Assembly (NCBI GenBank): GCA_002269645.1
Contig: NIVC01000818.1
Coordinates: 1 to 64,000, forward strand
Origin: Macrostomum lignano
Lineage: Eukaryota
Length of the DNA stretch: 64,000 nt
Direction of reading: 5' to 3'
Part shown: positions 11,593-25,600 of the stretch, one piece after another
How positions within the stretch are numbered: position 1 is the first letter of the stretch
Layout of the letters: each line of letters starts with the position of its first letter
Program-made: the position numbers and the translations under genes
The notes under the pieces: model-generated
Database searches by the model: none
What the model was told of the DNA's origin: nothing
What the model saw: the letters and a program-made list of their open reading frames with translations, nothing else

Positions 11593-12555
11593 TATTTATA
11601 CTTCGGCAACACAAAATTGGTAGCATTTAATGCTATCTCGACGAACTTCTTTCTAGCGGCGACCCTTTTTGATACAATACACCAATAATGTTGGGTTTTA
11701 GCATATGCACCGAATTCACGAGAGGGTTGTCGAGCAGAACCCATGTGCTACTTGTCTTATATTGACAGCCTTGTGTGCCTGAGCCAAGGACTTCTAGATA
11801 ATCCTATTATCTAGAAGTCCTTGTATGAGCGCGCACCAAAATTTTCCGAAGCAAGCTGCGGAACCTTCAACAGGATGGTTCCCACTTAGAAAATTTTGCA
11901 ATTGTAAACGCATGGAAAGCTTCAGAACTGCCACTGCATTAAGCTCTCTATTATGCAGAGTTACAAACTGGGCTCGCTGCAAGATCTCAGGACAACTTAT
12001 GGATTCTTGAGTAATACTTGATGATTTAGATAAGGACTTTATTGTAGCTTTGTCTCAAGTTGGCAGTCAGACACTCCTTCTGAGACAGTCGCTACTCAAC
12101 TGAGCATTGAAACCTAGGAAGCCAAGACACGGAGGGGTGAGGGGTCTCTCGCTGGTCTCAGTCAACTTTAGCCGAGCACAGCAGCGTATTATTGAAATAC
12201 AAAAAAATGAAAGGCCGGGTGCTTCGGGCAATCTAAAAATTTTGAGAGACTCAAGCATCGCCTAATCTCTCTCCGATTCTCAAAGATGCAAATTTGATGC
12301 ACCATTATTTGCAACAATAAAAATTTTCGATTACAGACCGATTTATACTATTGATAGTAGGACGTAAACTTTACAACACAGTGTTAAATTGAATTAGAGA
12401 ATAGTCGCATCGCGCAGAATTTCAAACGCATAACAGGCTGGCAAGAAAGTTTATGAAATGTTTTTTTATGCCTAAATTTCCCGCTTCAGCATCATGGCTT
12501 TCTTGAGACATTCTTTGACAAACGAGTCTAGGCTGATGTTGATATCCAGGCCTGT

Positions 12556-15500
12556 TCAGCTATAGAGGGTGGACTTAATCAGGCCGCTCGTGAACATAGC
12601 GATGACGGTTGTCATGCTCACGACAATGCCAGTGAGGCTCACGCACAGAGCCGCTCTGCCCAGCAGTCGAGCTCGTCGGAGGCGTCGCCTCTGCTGGTGA
12701 GCTCGCCCAGCCGAGTCCTGCGAGCTGCGGCCGCGCTGCTGCTCTTGAAGGATCAGCTGCTGCTGCATCGCCAGCGCCGTGACCAGCTCCGAGTGCGAGC
12801 GGACTGAGCAGGCCAGGGCAGCCAGGCCGAACGGCAGGTTGATGAACACAGCGGTGAGCACGGACACGATCAGGTAGGTTGTGCGATTCGCATTGCCCGG
12901 CTGCGGCTGGAACTGGCGAGGGTGCCGTTCGCATGGCTCCGCCAGGCCGTGCAGCGAGTGCCGGCTGCCTTGAAGCAGGCCGCTGCCGCCGCCGCCGCTG
13001 TCAATCAGCGTCACCAGCTGGTCGTCGTCTGGTGAAATTCCGGAAGCCGTGGCTGTCACAGAGGCGGGGAGAATTCATTTAGTACTGCTCGACAGACAAT
13101 GGTGGAGCTTCTCAAATACGAGTGTAATATTGAAAGAATTCTTAGAAAATCTAGGGCTCAGGGTCGAAAAAATACCTTAGAGCATGACTGCGGGCCGGAG
13201 GAATGGAGGAGGGGAGAGGAGAAGAGAGGAGAAGAGAGGAGGAGAGAAGAGGAGAGAGGAGAAGAGAGGAGAGAAAAGGAGAGAGGAGAAGAGAGGAGAG
13301 GAGAGGAGAGGAGAGGAGAGGAGAGGAGAGGAGAGGAGGCAGGGGTGTCGGTACCGGGGGGTGGGGGTACGGGGGCTAGAGCCCCCACTTTTTAGCATGA
13401 TCCAGCAAGTGCCCTTTTTGAATTTTAAACAAGTGTCGACTGGTTTTGGGCTCTGGCTTTTCTGAGTCTTGGAAGCTAAGGGGGGTATCAGCTGATATAA
13501 TAGTTCATGTTGTTCTCAATCTCCATTCCACTACAGTTTTTATCGAATGTGCATAAGCCTAGTGCTTTCAGTGCATTGGTTAGCATTTCACCTTAAGGGC
13601 CAGATTGAGAAGCTAGCGTGGCGCAATGACTGCCCTTCTGGGTTTGCTTCGCTGGGCCCCCGTAAGCAAAACGCGCCCAGTAGTCCCTGACTGCAGGCAA
13701 GAGAAGGGAGAGAGGATAGAGCAGAGAATTATATGAGCGTAGGAGAAAGTAGAGGCGAGGAGAGGAGAAGGAAAGGAAGGACAAGATAAGAGGAGAGAGG
13801 AGAGGAGAGGAGAGGAGAGGAGAGGAGAGAGGAGAGGATAGAAGAGAGGATAGAAGAGGAGAGGAGAGGAAAGAGGAGAGGAGAGGAAAGAGGAGAGGAG
13901 AGGAAAGGAGAGAGGAGATGAGAGAGGTGAAGAGAGGAAAGGAGAGAGGAGAGGAGATGAGAGAAGAGTAGAGGAGAGAAAAGAGAAGAGATAGGAGGGA
14001 GAGGAGAGGAGAGGAGAGAAGAGAGAAGAGGAGAGGAGAGGAAAGGAGAGAGGAGATGAGAGGAGAGGAGAGGAGAGGAGAGGAAAGGAGAGAGGAGAGG
14101 AGATGAGAGAGGTGAGGAGAGGAGAGGAAAGGAGAGAGGAGAGGAGATGAGAGAAGAGAGGAGAGTAGAGGAGAGAAAAGAGAAGAGGAGAGGAGAGGAA
14201 AGGAGAGAGGAGAGGAGAGGAGAGAAGAGAGAAGAGGAGAGGAGAGGAAAGGAGAGAGGAGAGGAGAGTAGAGTAGAGAGGAGAAGAGAGGAGAAGGGAG
14301 GAGAGGAGAGGAGAGGATAGTAGAGGAGAGGATAGTAGAGGAGAGGAGAAGAGAGAAGAGAGGAGAGAAGAGAGAGGAGCACTGAGAAGAGAAATAAACA
14401 TTGAGCGGGCCGGGTTGCTATTGTGAAGTTTCAACGGACCGAGGGTCGGAATTTTCCGGCCACTGATAGGCGGATTACGAGAATTTACCCAGTACTCGTA
14501 ATTTGATTTCTATGAGAATTACATGTCAAGCTATGTATATTTCAGGTAAGATTCGAAGAAACCTGTATAAGAAGTTAACCTGACCGTGCATGGCGACCAT
14601 GAGCCGAAATTTTTGCGTCTTATAGTCTGTACTATGCACTCACTGTATGATTCATATTAAAAGTAGACGAAAAAGTTGCCAGTTGTAAGTTGACCCGCGA
14701 GTGGCCAAAAATGTCAGAATTCCGGTTACTAGGTAGAGTTTGTAGATTTAAGTGACCGAAAAAGTTTACCATCAACCGTAGACGCTTTGAGCGCACCGGC
14801 CTCATTGTTAAACTACAAACCGGACTCTTTTCGTTTACTATTCATTTGCTGTGCATTTTAGTTACTTACTGCGAAATGCTTCAATGCGAACCCCTTCAAT
14901 TTTACACCCTTCATGCGTGCAGGCGTCCATTCGCTTTAACAGTCCATGAAGCCAGCAATCGCATGTTTCATGCTTCTATTCAAGCCATTTTACAAGTGGG
15001 AATTCCAACGAATTGTGGAAATGACCACAGCACGGAATGCTGACAAATCCAATTAAAAAATCGTGCATTTGTGTGCTCAAGCTGTCGCTAAGGCCCCATG
15101 CGCTAGTGGGAATGAGAGCGGCAGAGCAGACACTCCGTCGAGTGAATCCTTTGACTGAAGCGTTAAATATGATCGGACTGGTGATTGCATTTGTATTGCC
15201 CATCGACACTCTCAAATCGTGCCAATTTTGTGCCAGGAAAATGGCACAAAATTTTGAGAGAGAAGAAAATTTTAATTTTTATTTGCCCTTAAATTCTCAA
15301 TATCTCACCTTCTGAACTTCCAAATTGCAAAGTAAAAGCATGTAGAAACCTGTGCTTAGACCGAGGTGCATGCAAGTCTACCAAACTATTTTTTATGAAA
15401 TGCTTTAACCGAGACCGGAAAGCAAGCCAAGTTCCTTCTTTTAATTTAGCATCCACAGTATGTTACTCTGTTGTGGCTATTTAATTTACATGTAGCTGTG

Positions 15501-16670
15501 TAGTTAAAGTTTCATTTTCATATTGTTTTCTTTTTATTTCACAAGCCCAAAAGTTACAAGCAAAAACTGTGCAATGTACGAGCGTATGTGGCCCGAACTT
15601 GTAATATGCATTGAAATGGAATTATACCTGCAATAATGGCTTACCAAAAATGAAACTCTAAGTTTACACAGCTAAATTTGACAAATTGTAACCTTCACTG
15701 CCCCAGATCAATCTAATAAAAAATGATTTTTTCCTATCTTAATTCGCAGTAGGATTTTCTCGGGAAGTAGTCCTCCAAAATTTACACGACCTTTGATTTT
15801 TACGACCTGTTATACTACAATGGTCCTTGATTAGTCTATTGCGAAACCTTATTCAGCGCTTTGACTCAGCTACAGGTGGCATTGTCTGGCGGATGCAGCG
15901 TGGAAGTAGATGCGTTCCAGCCCATTCCGTTAGCCCCTAGTGACCAACAAAAATCCATCGAAGTTATGACGCTCAGGGCCTCAGGGGGACTCGTCAGGTC
16001 TCAGTGTTCCTCAGCTCCTGTTGCCCTTCTCTCAAAAAACTTGTCTCATTTGGAATCCAGAAGTCCAGGTGAAGTATTTTGAATTTTGAGCTATACGAGC
16101 AAAAGCTGAAAACTTCCTTATCTCTTTCTCTTGCATGCTGCATCGAAAACCGGCCTCCAAAAACACTTGCCCAAGATTTGCGAGTGCAGCGTCCTGCTTT
16201 ACATGTTGTTTGGACGGAACCCAAGATCAAGGACCCGGCTGTTGAAAGAAGAATAACAGCTCTTTAACTTCAGATTTCTTCAGTGTTCAGTCTAATAGTT
16301 AAGCACTTAAGTAGCCACTATATTTTAGGCATTTAACGGCACTTATCATTCATGGAAGTTCCGCGGGTGGCAGGATGCTGTACACAAAGATGTAGTTAAA
16401 AATTTCAAGCATGTTTACGGACAGAAATTGCTTAAACAAGACGCATGTACCTTCATCCTGCTCAAACTGACACAGCTGACAGGAGCGGCCTTCTGGCGAG
16501 ACAACCCGAGACAGCTGAGGCACGGAGGCATACACAGCGGCGGCAGTCGAGCCTCCAATTTCAGTACGCAGTGTGCGCGAGTCGGTCGCGCCGCCGACTC
16601 GGAAGGACGCGGACCGAGGCCGCCAGCCGGACGAACAGGCCATGTTAGCATTAGCTACAGCCGGTCGCAT
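12556..16670 (-). CDS. CD225/dispanin-family membrane protein (PRRT/TMEM233/IFITM-like). Exon 13052-12556 is supported; first exon 16670(or 16643)-16451 is tentative.
   Basis: TTYLIVSVLTAVFINLPFGLAALACSVRS...ARLLGRAALCVSLTGIVVSMTTVIAMF matches the CD225 two-hydrophobic-segment pattern. Phase-1 acceptor AG at 13054-13053 matches the phase-1 donor GTACAT at 16450. Confidence 0.7.
13200..14395. repeat. Two homopurine (GAGAG/GAGGA)n tracts (13200-13340, 13700-14395)
   Basis: Near-pure G/A sequence inside the CD225 intron. These are the source of the LLSSP and EERRG ORFs. Confidence 0.95.
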
Positions 16671-17039
16671 TTCAGCAGGCCTCGGCTGTATTTGACAACA
16701 CGAGCCGTCAACGAAACGCTCCTCTCAGCAAGCAAAGCCAATTGGCCGTTGCTTGCACTCGATTGGTCAAGCGCAGGAAAGATACAGATGTACTTTTAAC
16801 ACTTGTAGACACTAAAGGAATATGTAGTAGTCGTTGTGACAAGACTAAAGTGGCGATGATCGATCAGCTGATTGAGCAAAGACAGCCGATCAGATTACAC
16901 AGACGCGCTGCGCATACTTCTCGCTTCGACTCGGACCAGATCGACAACTGCAGATGCCAGGCCAAGCTGCACCCGGGATAACAGATGATGGGCCAACAGA
17001 GGAAGCTGGATGATTATAGCAAGGCATTAATAGCTTATT

Positions 17040-17175
17040 TATAGCCCAATGGTTAGAACATCGGACTCCTGACTGAAAGGCCGTACGCAGCCTTCAGATG
17101 CGCCGCGCAATAGCTGCGGCTGAGCTGTTGGTTGCATATCTGGCCATTAGGACAGGTGTAATCAATTATTATTAT
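17040..17175 (+). mobile_element. Internally deleted tRNA-derived SINE, same family as 39215-39469 and 63099-63285
   Basis: A-box TAGCCCAATGG head joined directly to the body CGTACGCAGCCTTCAGATGCGCCGCGCAATAGCTGCGGCTGAGCT, followed by an (ATT)n tail. Confidence 0.85.
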
Positions 17176-18044
17176 AGCAACAACTCGACGCCTGATGAAC
17201 CAGATTTTTACACAGTTTCTCAGTAAATATGCAATAAAGACAACTATTTGTATCGATGTATATTTATCAAAGTAAAATTTTGTCAAAAAGGGCACTTCAC
17301 ACAATTTTGTAAAATCAGCAGTATAAAAATAGTAAAAAAATGAGTTGAAATTTTAGCACACCAGCTGTATGAACAAGCAGCAGGTCAAAAATCAGTTTCA
17401 AATCGATGCAGAGTTCGAAGTGGAGGTCTGTCGGACTGGCTCAGGCTGTAATTGGCAAAACAGACCATGGGAAGTCCATTTTGTTTCCAAAATAATAAAA
17501 TGAACTGCACCAGACTACTGATGAGTAGACTATTCTCAGCCCCGAGAAATCCATCGGTTTGATATCTAATTAAAATTTAAAAGCGGCAAACTCTACTAGA
17601 AGTAGGCAAAGCCAGCAGTAATGTCAGTTTCTGTTAAACCCAACAGCCGCACTGGTCAGTTGCCAAAGGCGCGCTTCTGTCGGGAGCTATCAGAAACAGC
17701 TGTAGAAAAGATTATATTGCACCGATAGGGACTGCAAAGTCAGCTGCATTGGCTAAACTGACCAAGCCAGTACAAGCAGTGCGGGCATTGGGATCAATGA
17801 GTCAGTAAAACTCCTCTGTCAGCTTGCGTTAAACCCGACCCTAAGAATTTTGTTTGAGCTCTTCTGTCAGTCGGGAGCTATCGAAAGCTTTACTGCTATA
17901 GCACTGGCATTGAGTAACAACCTGACAGCTGCAATTGGTTTGAAGCTGGCAAGATGGTCTACAGTGCAAATCCCGATATTGCAGTGCGTTTTTGTGCGGG
18001 CTCAAAGCGATCCCTAATTGCTTATACATCATTTGAAGGGTATC

Positions 18045-19625
18045 CTGCCCACTGAAGGCTTTAGATGGGGGATAGAATGCCCACTGAAGGATTTAGATGG
18101 GGGATAGAATGTCCACTGAAGGCTTTAGATGGGGGATAGAATGCCCACTGAAGGCTTTAGATGGGGGATAGAATGCCCACTGAAGGATTTAGATGGGGGA
18201 TAGAATGCCCACTGAAGGATTCAGATGGGGGATAGAATGCCCACTGAAGGATTCAGATGGGGGATAGAATGCCCACTGAAGGATTTAGATGGGGGATAGA
18301 ATTCCCAATGAAGGATTTGGAGGGGGGATAGAATGCCCACTGAAGGATTCAGATGGGGGATAGAATGCCCACTGAAGGATTCAGATGGGGGATAGAATGC
18401 CCACTGAAGGATTTAGATGGGGGATAGAATGCCCACTGAAGGATTTAGATGGGGGATAGAATGCCCACTGAAGGATTTAGATGGGGGATAGAATTCCCAC
18501 TGAAGGATTCAGATGGGGGATAGAATTCCCACTGAAGGATTTAGATGGGGGATAGAATTCCCAATGAAGGATTTGGAGGGGGGATAGAATGCCCACTGAA
18601 GGATTCAGATGGGGGATAGAATGCCCACTGAAGGCTTTAGATGGGGGATAGAATGCCCACTGAAGGCTTTAGATGGGGGATAGAATGCCCACTGAAGGAT
18701 TTAGATGGGGGATAGAATGCCCACTGAAGGATTCAGATGGGGGATAGAATGCCCACTGAAGGATTCAGATGGGGGATAGAATGCCCACTGAAGGATTTAG
18801 ATGGGGGATAGAATTCCCAATGAAGGATTTGGAGGGGGGATAGAATGCCCACTGAAGGATTCAGATGGGGGGTAGAATGCCCACTGAAGGATTCAGATGG
18901 GGGATAGAATGCCCACTGAAGGATTTAGATGGGGGATAGAATGCCCACTGAAGGATTTAGATGGGGGATAGAATGCCCACTGAAGGATTTAGATGGGGGA
19001 TAGAATTCCCACTGAAGGATTCAGATGGGGGATAGAATTCCCACTGAAGGATTCAGATGGGGGATAGAATTCCCAATGAAGGATTTGGAGGGGGGATAGA
19101 ATGCCCACTGAAGGATTCAGATGGGGGATAGAATGCCCACTGAAGGATTTAGATGGGGGATAGAATGCCCACTGAAGGATTTAGATGGGGGATAGAATGC
19201 CCACTGAAGGATTTAGATGGGGGATAGAATTCCCACTGAAGGATTCAGATGGGGGATAGAATTCCCACTGAAGGATTCAGATGGGGGATAGAATTCCCAA
19301 TGAAGGATTTGGAGGGGGGATAGAATTCCCACTGAAGGATTCAGATGGGGGATAGAATTCCCACTGAAGGATTCAGATGGGGGATAGAATTCCTAATGAA
19401 GGATTTAGATGGGGGATAGAATGCCCACTGAAGGCTTTAGATGGGGGATAGAATGCCCAATGAAGGATTTAGATGGGGGATAGAATGCCCAATGAAGGAT
19501 TTAGATGAGGGATAGAATTCCCACTGAAGGATCTAGATGGGGGATATAATGGCCACTGAAGGCTCTAGCAGGGGGATAGAATGTCCACTGAAGGATCTAA
19601 ACGGGAGATAGGATGGCCGCTGAAG
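18045..19625. repeat. 32-nt satellite CCCACTGAAGGATTTAGATGGGGGATAGAATG with 256-nt higher-order periodicity
   Basis: About 49 copies. The variant CCCAATG..TTGGAGGGGGG recurs at 18304, 18560, 18816, 19072 and 19296. Confidence 0.95.
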
Positions 19626-19667
19626 GACCCAAATTAGCACTGAGCCGAAGCAAGAACTCCAACCTGA

Positions 19668-22600
19668 TCAGCTGCACTCAGAGGCTGCCCCGCCATCGGG
19701 AATCTGGTGCAGATATCCGTAGCCCAGTCCGCAGCCCAGAGCGCCGTCGCCGCCCCAGTTGGGGTCGGGCCTGACGGTTAGCAGGCGGAACTGCTCAGTG
19801 CTGCTGCAGTAGACGTGCAGCTGCAGCGCGGACTGGGCAGCTGCGTGAGATTCGATCAGCTCGAACAGGTCCTCGTGCGTGTGCAGCGGAGCGGAGCCTG
19901 TTCTGCAGTCGGCGGCATCGCAGTCCACGACAGCGGCCCCGCCAACAATGAAGTCGCTGTCGGGGCGCAGGCCGGCCACACTGGCCGGGGAGCCTGGCGC
20001 CACGTCCAGCACGCGCCAGGCCAAGGCCGGTTGGCCGGCGCTGCAGCACAGACGCACGCTGACGCCAAGGAGGCCATGGCCGCCCCACTGGCCGCTGCCA
20101 GGCTCCGAGCCAGAGGCCAGGTCAATGTGAACCTGGCGGACCGTGCGCTGCTTACTGCTGTACACGGTGAGGTCAACTGAGGACAGAGCTTGAGCAGTCG
20201 GCCTCAGCAATGAGTGCAGCTGCCGTTCCGGTGTCTGCAGGTGAAGATATTTTGCTAGCTAAGAGAAGTTCAATTTTGCACGAAGGATCTATTATGGAAA
20301 ACCACTCATTTTGGTACCGAAGCCAAGCATCCATTTAGGCGCCACAGACAGGCACTTATTTTGGCGCTGAAGGCAAGCATCCATTTAGGCGCCACAGACA
20401 GGCACTTATTTTGGCGCTGAAGGCAAGCATCCATTTAGGCGCCACAGACAGGCACTCATTTTGGCGCAAAGCCAAGCATCCATTTTGGCGCGGCAGACAT
20501 AGGCACTTATTTTGGCGCTGAAGGCAAGCATCCATTTAGGCGCGGCAGACATAGGCACTTATTTTGGCGCTGAAGGCAAGCATCCATTTAGGCGCGGCAG
20601 ACATAGGCACTTATTTTGGCGCTGAAGGCAAGCATCCATTTAGGCGCGGCAGACATAGGCACTTATTTTGGCGCTGAAGGCAAGCATCCATTTAGGCGCG
20701 GCAGACATAGGCACTTATTTTGGTGCTGAAGGCAAGCATCCATTTTGGCGCCGCAGACAGGCAGTTATTTTGGCGCCGAGGGCAAGCATCAATTTTGGCG
20801 CCGCACAGGCACTTATTTTGGCACCGAAGGCAAGCATCCATTTTGGCGCCGCACAGGCACTTATTTTGGCGCCGAAGGCAAGCATCCATTTTGGCGCCGC
20901 ACAGGCACTTAATTTGGCGCTGAAGGCAAGCATCCATTTAGGCGCCACAGACAGGCAGTTATTTTGGCACCGAAGGCAAGCATCAATTTTGGCGCCGCAC
21001 AGGCACTTATTTTGGCACCGAAGGCAAGCATCCATTTTGGCGCCACAGACAGGCAGTTATTTTGGCACCGAAGGCAAGCATCAATTTTGGCGCCGCACAG
21101 GCACTTATTTTGGCACCGAAGGCAAGCATCCATTTTGGCGCCGCAGACAGGCAGTTATTTTGGCGCCGAGGGCAAGCATCAATTTTGGCGCCGCACAGGC
21201 ACTTATTTTGGCGCCGAGGGCAAGCATCAATTTTGGCGCCGCACAGGCACTTATTTTGGCACCGAAGGCAAGCATCCATTTAGGCGCCACAAACAGGCAC
21301 TCATTTTGGCGCAAAGCCAAGCATCCATTTTGGCGCCGCAGACATAGGCACTTATTTTGGCGCCGAAGGCAAGCATCCATTTTGGCGCGGCAGACATAGG
21401 CACTTATTTTGGTGCTGAAGGCAAGCATCCATTTTGGCGCCGCACAGGCACTTATTTTGGCACCGAAGGCAAGCATCCATTTTGGCGCCGCACAGGCACT
21501 TATTTTGGCGCCGAAGGCAAGCATTTATTTTGGCACCGCAGACGCCAAAGGTCTACAAATTTAAAGGTCAATAAAAGCAAGAACACAAAGCTCCTTACCA
21601 CATGCTGCCCATTAATAGCTAGTATAAAGTCAAAATATGGCTGAAGACCAGCTTGCTTTGCAGGAGAGTTGTGCTGCACCTACAGTATTAAGAATTAATA
21701 ATAAATTTAAGCTAACTATGATAAAAATAGGCAGTGTTTAATTCATTGATCGTTTCTTTTCATTATACTCATAAAAGTCCTTAGTCTAAAGCCTAAAGGT
21801 AAATCTTAAATTATAAAACAGGTCTATCAAAAAATTATACAAAATGCCAATAGGCCTTTAACTAAACTTCAAACATTCAAAATTACTTTTTTTGAAAAAT
21901 CTAACCTGATACTACTTTGAATATTTTGTGTGAATCATAATAACAGAGCATTTCATATCACAAATGCATATAAAACTGCAAGTTTTAATCAGCCATTTTA
22001 ATTTTTACTCTCCTTGATCTATTGATTGTACTTTGTCTGCTGCTACTGTAGTCAGGTTTGCAACTTAAAAACAAAATAAATTAAAGTCCTAATGATATGA
22101 TATAATGATATTAGTAGACTTGGTTACATAAAAAATAATCAATGAGCATTATTTTGATTTGTAATGGAAGAAAAGGTAATTGACACTCAAACTCCTACTA
22201 GATCAACTATACCTTCAACTTAACCAATAACAAGTGGAGCTAGAGTTGGGCCACAGACAAGCTCCTTGAATGCAAAAGCAAGGCGGCAATACTGATAAGC
22301 TTCTATTGCCTTATTCTGATAAAGGTCTGATACTAGTCTCCAAGGAGGCTGCAATTGATATAGACATTTATGCTAGCAATCATGATGGCATTGCTAGTAA
22401 TTGATTCAGGCTTGGTATAGGTGTGCGGCTCTTTTTCTGCCAATATTGTTAGCTCTGTGTTTGTTCTGTGTGATGGTTTAATAATTTTATTTATTTTCAT
22501 CTCTTAGTGTATAATTATCAACCAGACTGAACCCATTTATTTATTGCCTTATACAGTTTTCAATTTTCTTTATTTATTTAAATATACAGAATTTTGAATC

Positions 22601-25600
22601 ATGAGTGCAAGCCCTGAAAATGACTGCTTGTGTTGAAATGCATTGGCTATAACAATAATTTACTTATATTTTGATTTTGGCTTTCATTTCTCTATTATTT
22701 ATTAAACGAGCATCTCTATTAGATTTTGACCATATATTGCATATCCATAGGTTTTTTAAACTTATTTCAATAGGGAACCTTACAAATTAGTATTTAATTA
22801 ATAGAGCCATACTAGCAATCTATGCCCCCCGTTAGGGAGCCAAAGAAATGCAATACACGTTTTTTTAATAAGCTACATGTATCCTTGAAATCTTAAAAAA
22901 TCTTTTGTCAAACCTTGTAAGCCTTGACATGTCAGTAATTCCCCCCACAAGCTTTAACATATCAACTTCCCCCCCCTGACATCTCAGCAATGCCCCCAAT
23001 AAGCCTTGAAAATCTAAAAATATCTGTCAACCTTCTAACCCTAATCCTAACCTAACCCTAACCCTAACCCTAGCCTAACCCTAACCCTAACCCTAACCCT
23101 AACCTAACCCTAAAGCATTGAAATTTCAGTAATTCTCTCTAAGAGTCATTATAGCACTACTACAGCATTATAGCGATTCCCTGCAAGCCTCGACATTGTA
23201 GGGATTCCCAAATGAATCTCTTAACTTCGACATGAAGCTTCTTTTATTTTTTACATTACGCTTTTTTATCAGCGATCCCTTCCCTGAGGAGGCATCAAAT
23301 AATGTAATATAAAGTTTTCAATAAACTACATGTAGCTTCTGGCTTTAGCCTTGAAATCTCATTTATACCCCAGTGAGCCTTGACATCTCAGCTACTCCCC
23401 CCGTAAGCCTTGACATGTCAGCGATGGCCCCCATAAACCTTGAAATCTAAAAAATCCCCTGTTAACCTTGAAACCCGATAAAATATAACCCTCAACCCAC
23501 ACCTGACCTAAACCTAACTTTAACCCAACCTAAAGCCTCGAAACCTCAGCAATTCTTCTCCCCTAAGCCTTGACATTTTAGTGATTCCTTCTTTAAGAAT
23601 CACAGCACTATAACGATTTCCACCAAGCTTTGACATCCTAGCAATTCCCAAATGAATCTTTTAACTTCGACATGACTTTTCTTTTATGTATACATAGTGC
23701 TACTTTTATTTTTTACATGACTCTTCTTCTATCAGGGCCTCCCCCCGTGGCGAGCCAACAAAAAATGCAATAAAAAAATAGAGTAAAGTACATGAACTTT
23801 GAAGTAGCTTCTGACTTTTGCTTTGACATCTCAGAAACGCCCCCATAATCTCAGTTATTCTCTGTGAGCCTTGACGTCTCAGTTTTTCTCCCCAGCACAG
23901 CATTATAGCTGCATTTAATTTTTACATGACACCTTCATGTCTGACATGACGCTTCTTTTATTCTACCATGATGCTTCTTAATTTTTTAAATGACACTTTC
24001 ATTAGTCTTTAAATGAGGCTTCTATGATTTTTCATGACGCTTCTATGATTTTTACATGATGCTTCTATGATTTTTTATATGACGCTTCTATGATTGTTTA
24101 TATGACGCTTCTATGCTTTTTACATGACGCTTCTATGATTTTTTTACATGACGCTTCCATGATTGTTTACATGACGCTTCTATGATTTTTACATGACGCT
24201 TCTATGATTGTTTACATGATGCTTCTATGATTGTCTACATGACGCTTCTATGCTTTTTCCATGACGCTTCTATGATTGTTTACATGACGCTTCTATGCTT
24301 TTTAGATGACGCTTCTATGAGTATGATTGTTTATATGACGCTACTATGATTTTTACATGACGCTTCTATGATTTTTACATGACGCTTCTATGATTGTTTA
24401 CATGACGCTTCTATGATTTTTTACATGACGCTTCTATGGTTTTTTTATGACGCTTCTATGATGGTTTACATGACGCTTCTATGATTTTTTACATGACGTT
24501 TCTATGATTGTTTACATGACGCTTCTATGATTTTTTTAAATGACGCTTCTATAATTGTTTACATGACGCTTCTGTGATTTTTTCATGACACTCCTATGAT
24601 TTTTTCATGACGCTTCTATGATTGTTTACATGACGCTTCTATGATTTTTTTAAATGACCCTTTTATGATTTTTAACATGACGCTTCTATGATTGTTTACA
24701 TGACACTTCTATGATAGTTTACATGACTCTTCAATGATTTTTTACATGACGCTTCTATGGTTTTTTTATGACGCTTCTATGATTTTTTTTAAATGACGCT
24801 TCTATGAGTTTTATATGACGCTTCTATGCTTTTTACATGACGCTTCTATGATTGTTTACATGACGCTTCTATGATTTTTTTACATGACGCTTCTATGATT
24901 TTTTTAAATGACGCTTCTATGAGTTTTACATGACGCTTCTATGATTTTTTACATGACGCTTCTATGATTTTTTTAAATGACGCTTCTATGATTGTTTACA
25001 TGACGCTTCTATGCTTTTTACATGACGCTTCTATGATGGTTTACATGACGCTTCTATGATGGTTTACATGACGCTTCTATGATTGTTTACATGACGCTTC
25101 TATGATTGTTTACATGACACTTCTATGATTGTTTACATGACGCTTCTATGATTTTTTACATGACGCTTCTATGATTTTTTACATGACGCTTATATGATTT
25201 TTACATGACGCTTCTATGATTGTTTACATGACGCTTCTATGATTTTTTACATGACACTTCTATGATTTTTACATGACGCTTCTATGATTTTTTACATGAC
25301 GCTTCTATGATTTTTTTAAATGACGCTTCTATAATTGTTTACATGACGCTTCTATGATTTTTAGATGACGCTTCGATGATTGTTTACATGACGCTTCTAT
25401 GGTTTTTTCATGACGATTCTATGATTTTTTACATGACGCTTCTATGCTTTATACATGAGGCTTCTATGATTTTTACATGACGCTTCTATGATTGTTTACA
25501 TGACGCTTCTATGATTTTTTACATGACGCTTCTATGATTGTTTACATGACGCTTCTATGATTTTTAACATGACGCTTCTATGATTTTTTACATGACGCTT

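Noticed and set aside
10115-11626. 503-aa (AEMSRLTGRI)n ORF
   Set aside because: It is a 30/36-nt satellite related to repeats inside the Helitron-like elements. The open frame follows from unit length.
15850-16267. Possible plus-strand exons nested in the CD225 intron (ORFs 15861..16082, 16079..16267)
   Set aside because: No recognisable domain, and no consistent chain of splice phases to a start or stop could be built.
23033-23112. True telomere or chromosome fusion site
   Set aside because: The tracts are short, degenerate and carried at the same position in both copies of a mobile-like composite. The short TTAGGG run near 44113-44133 is also internal to a small repeat.
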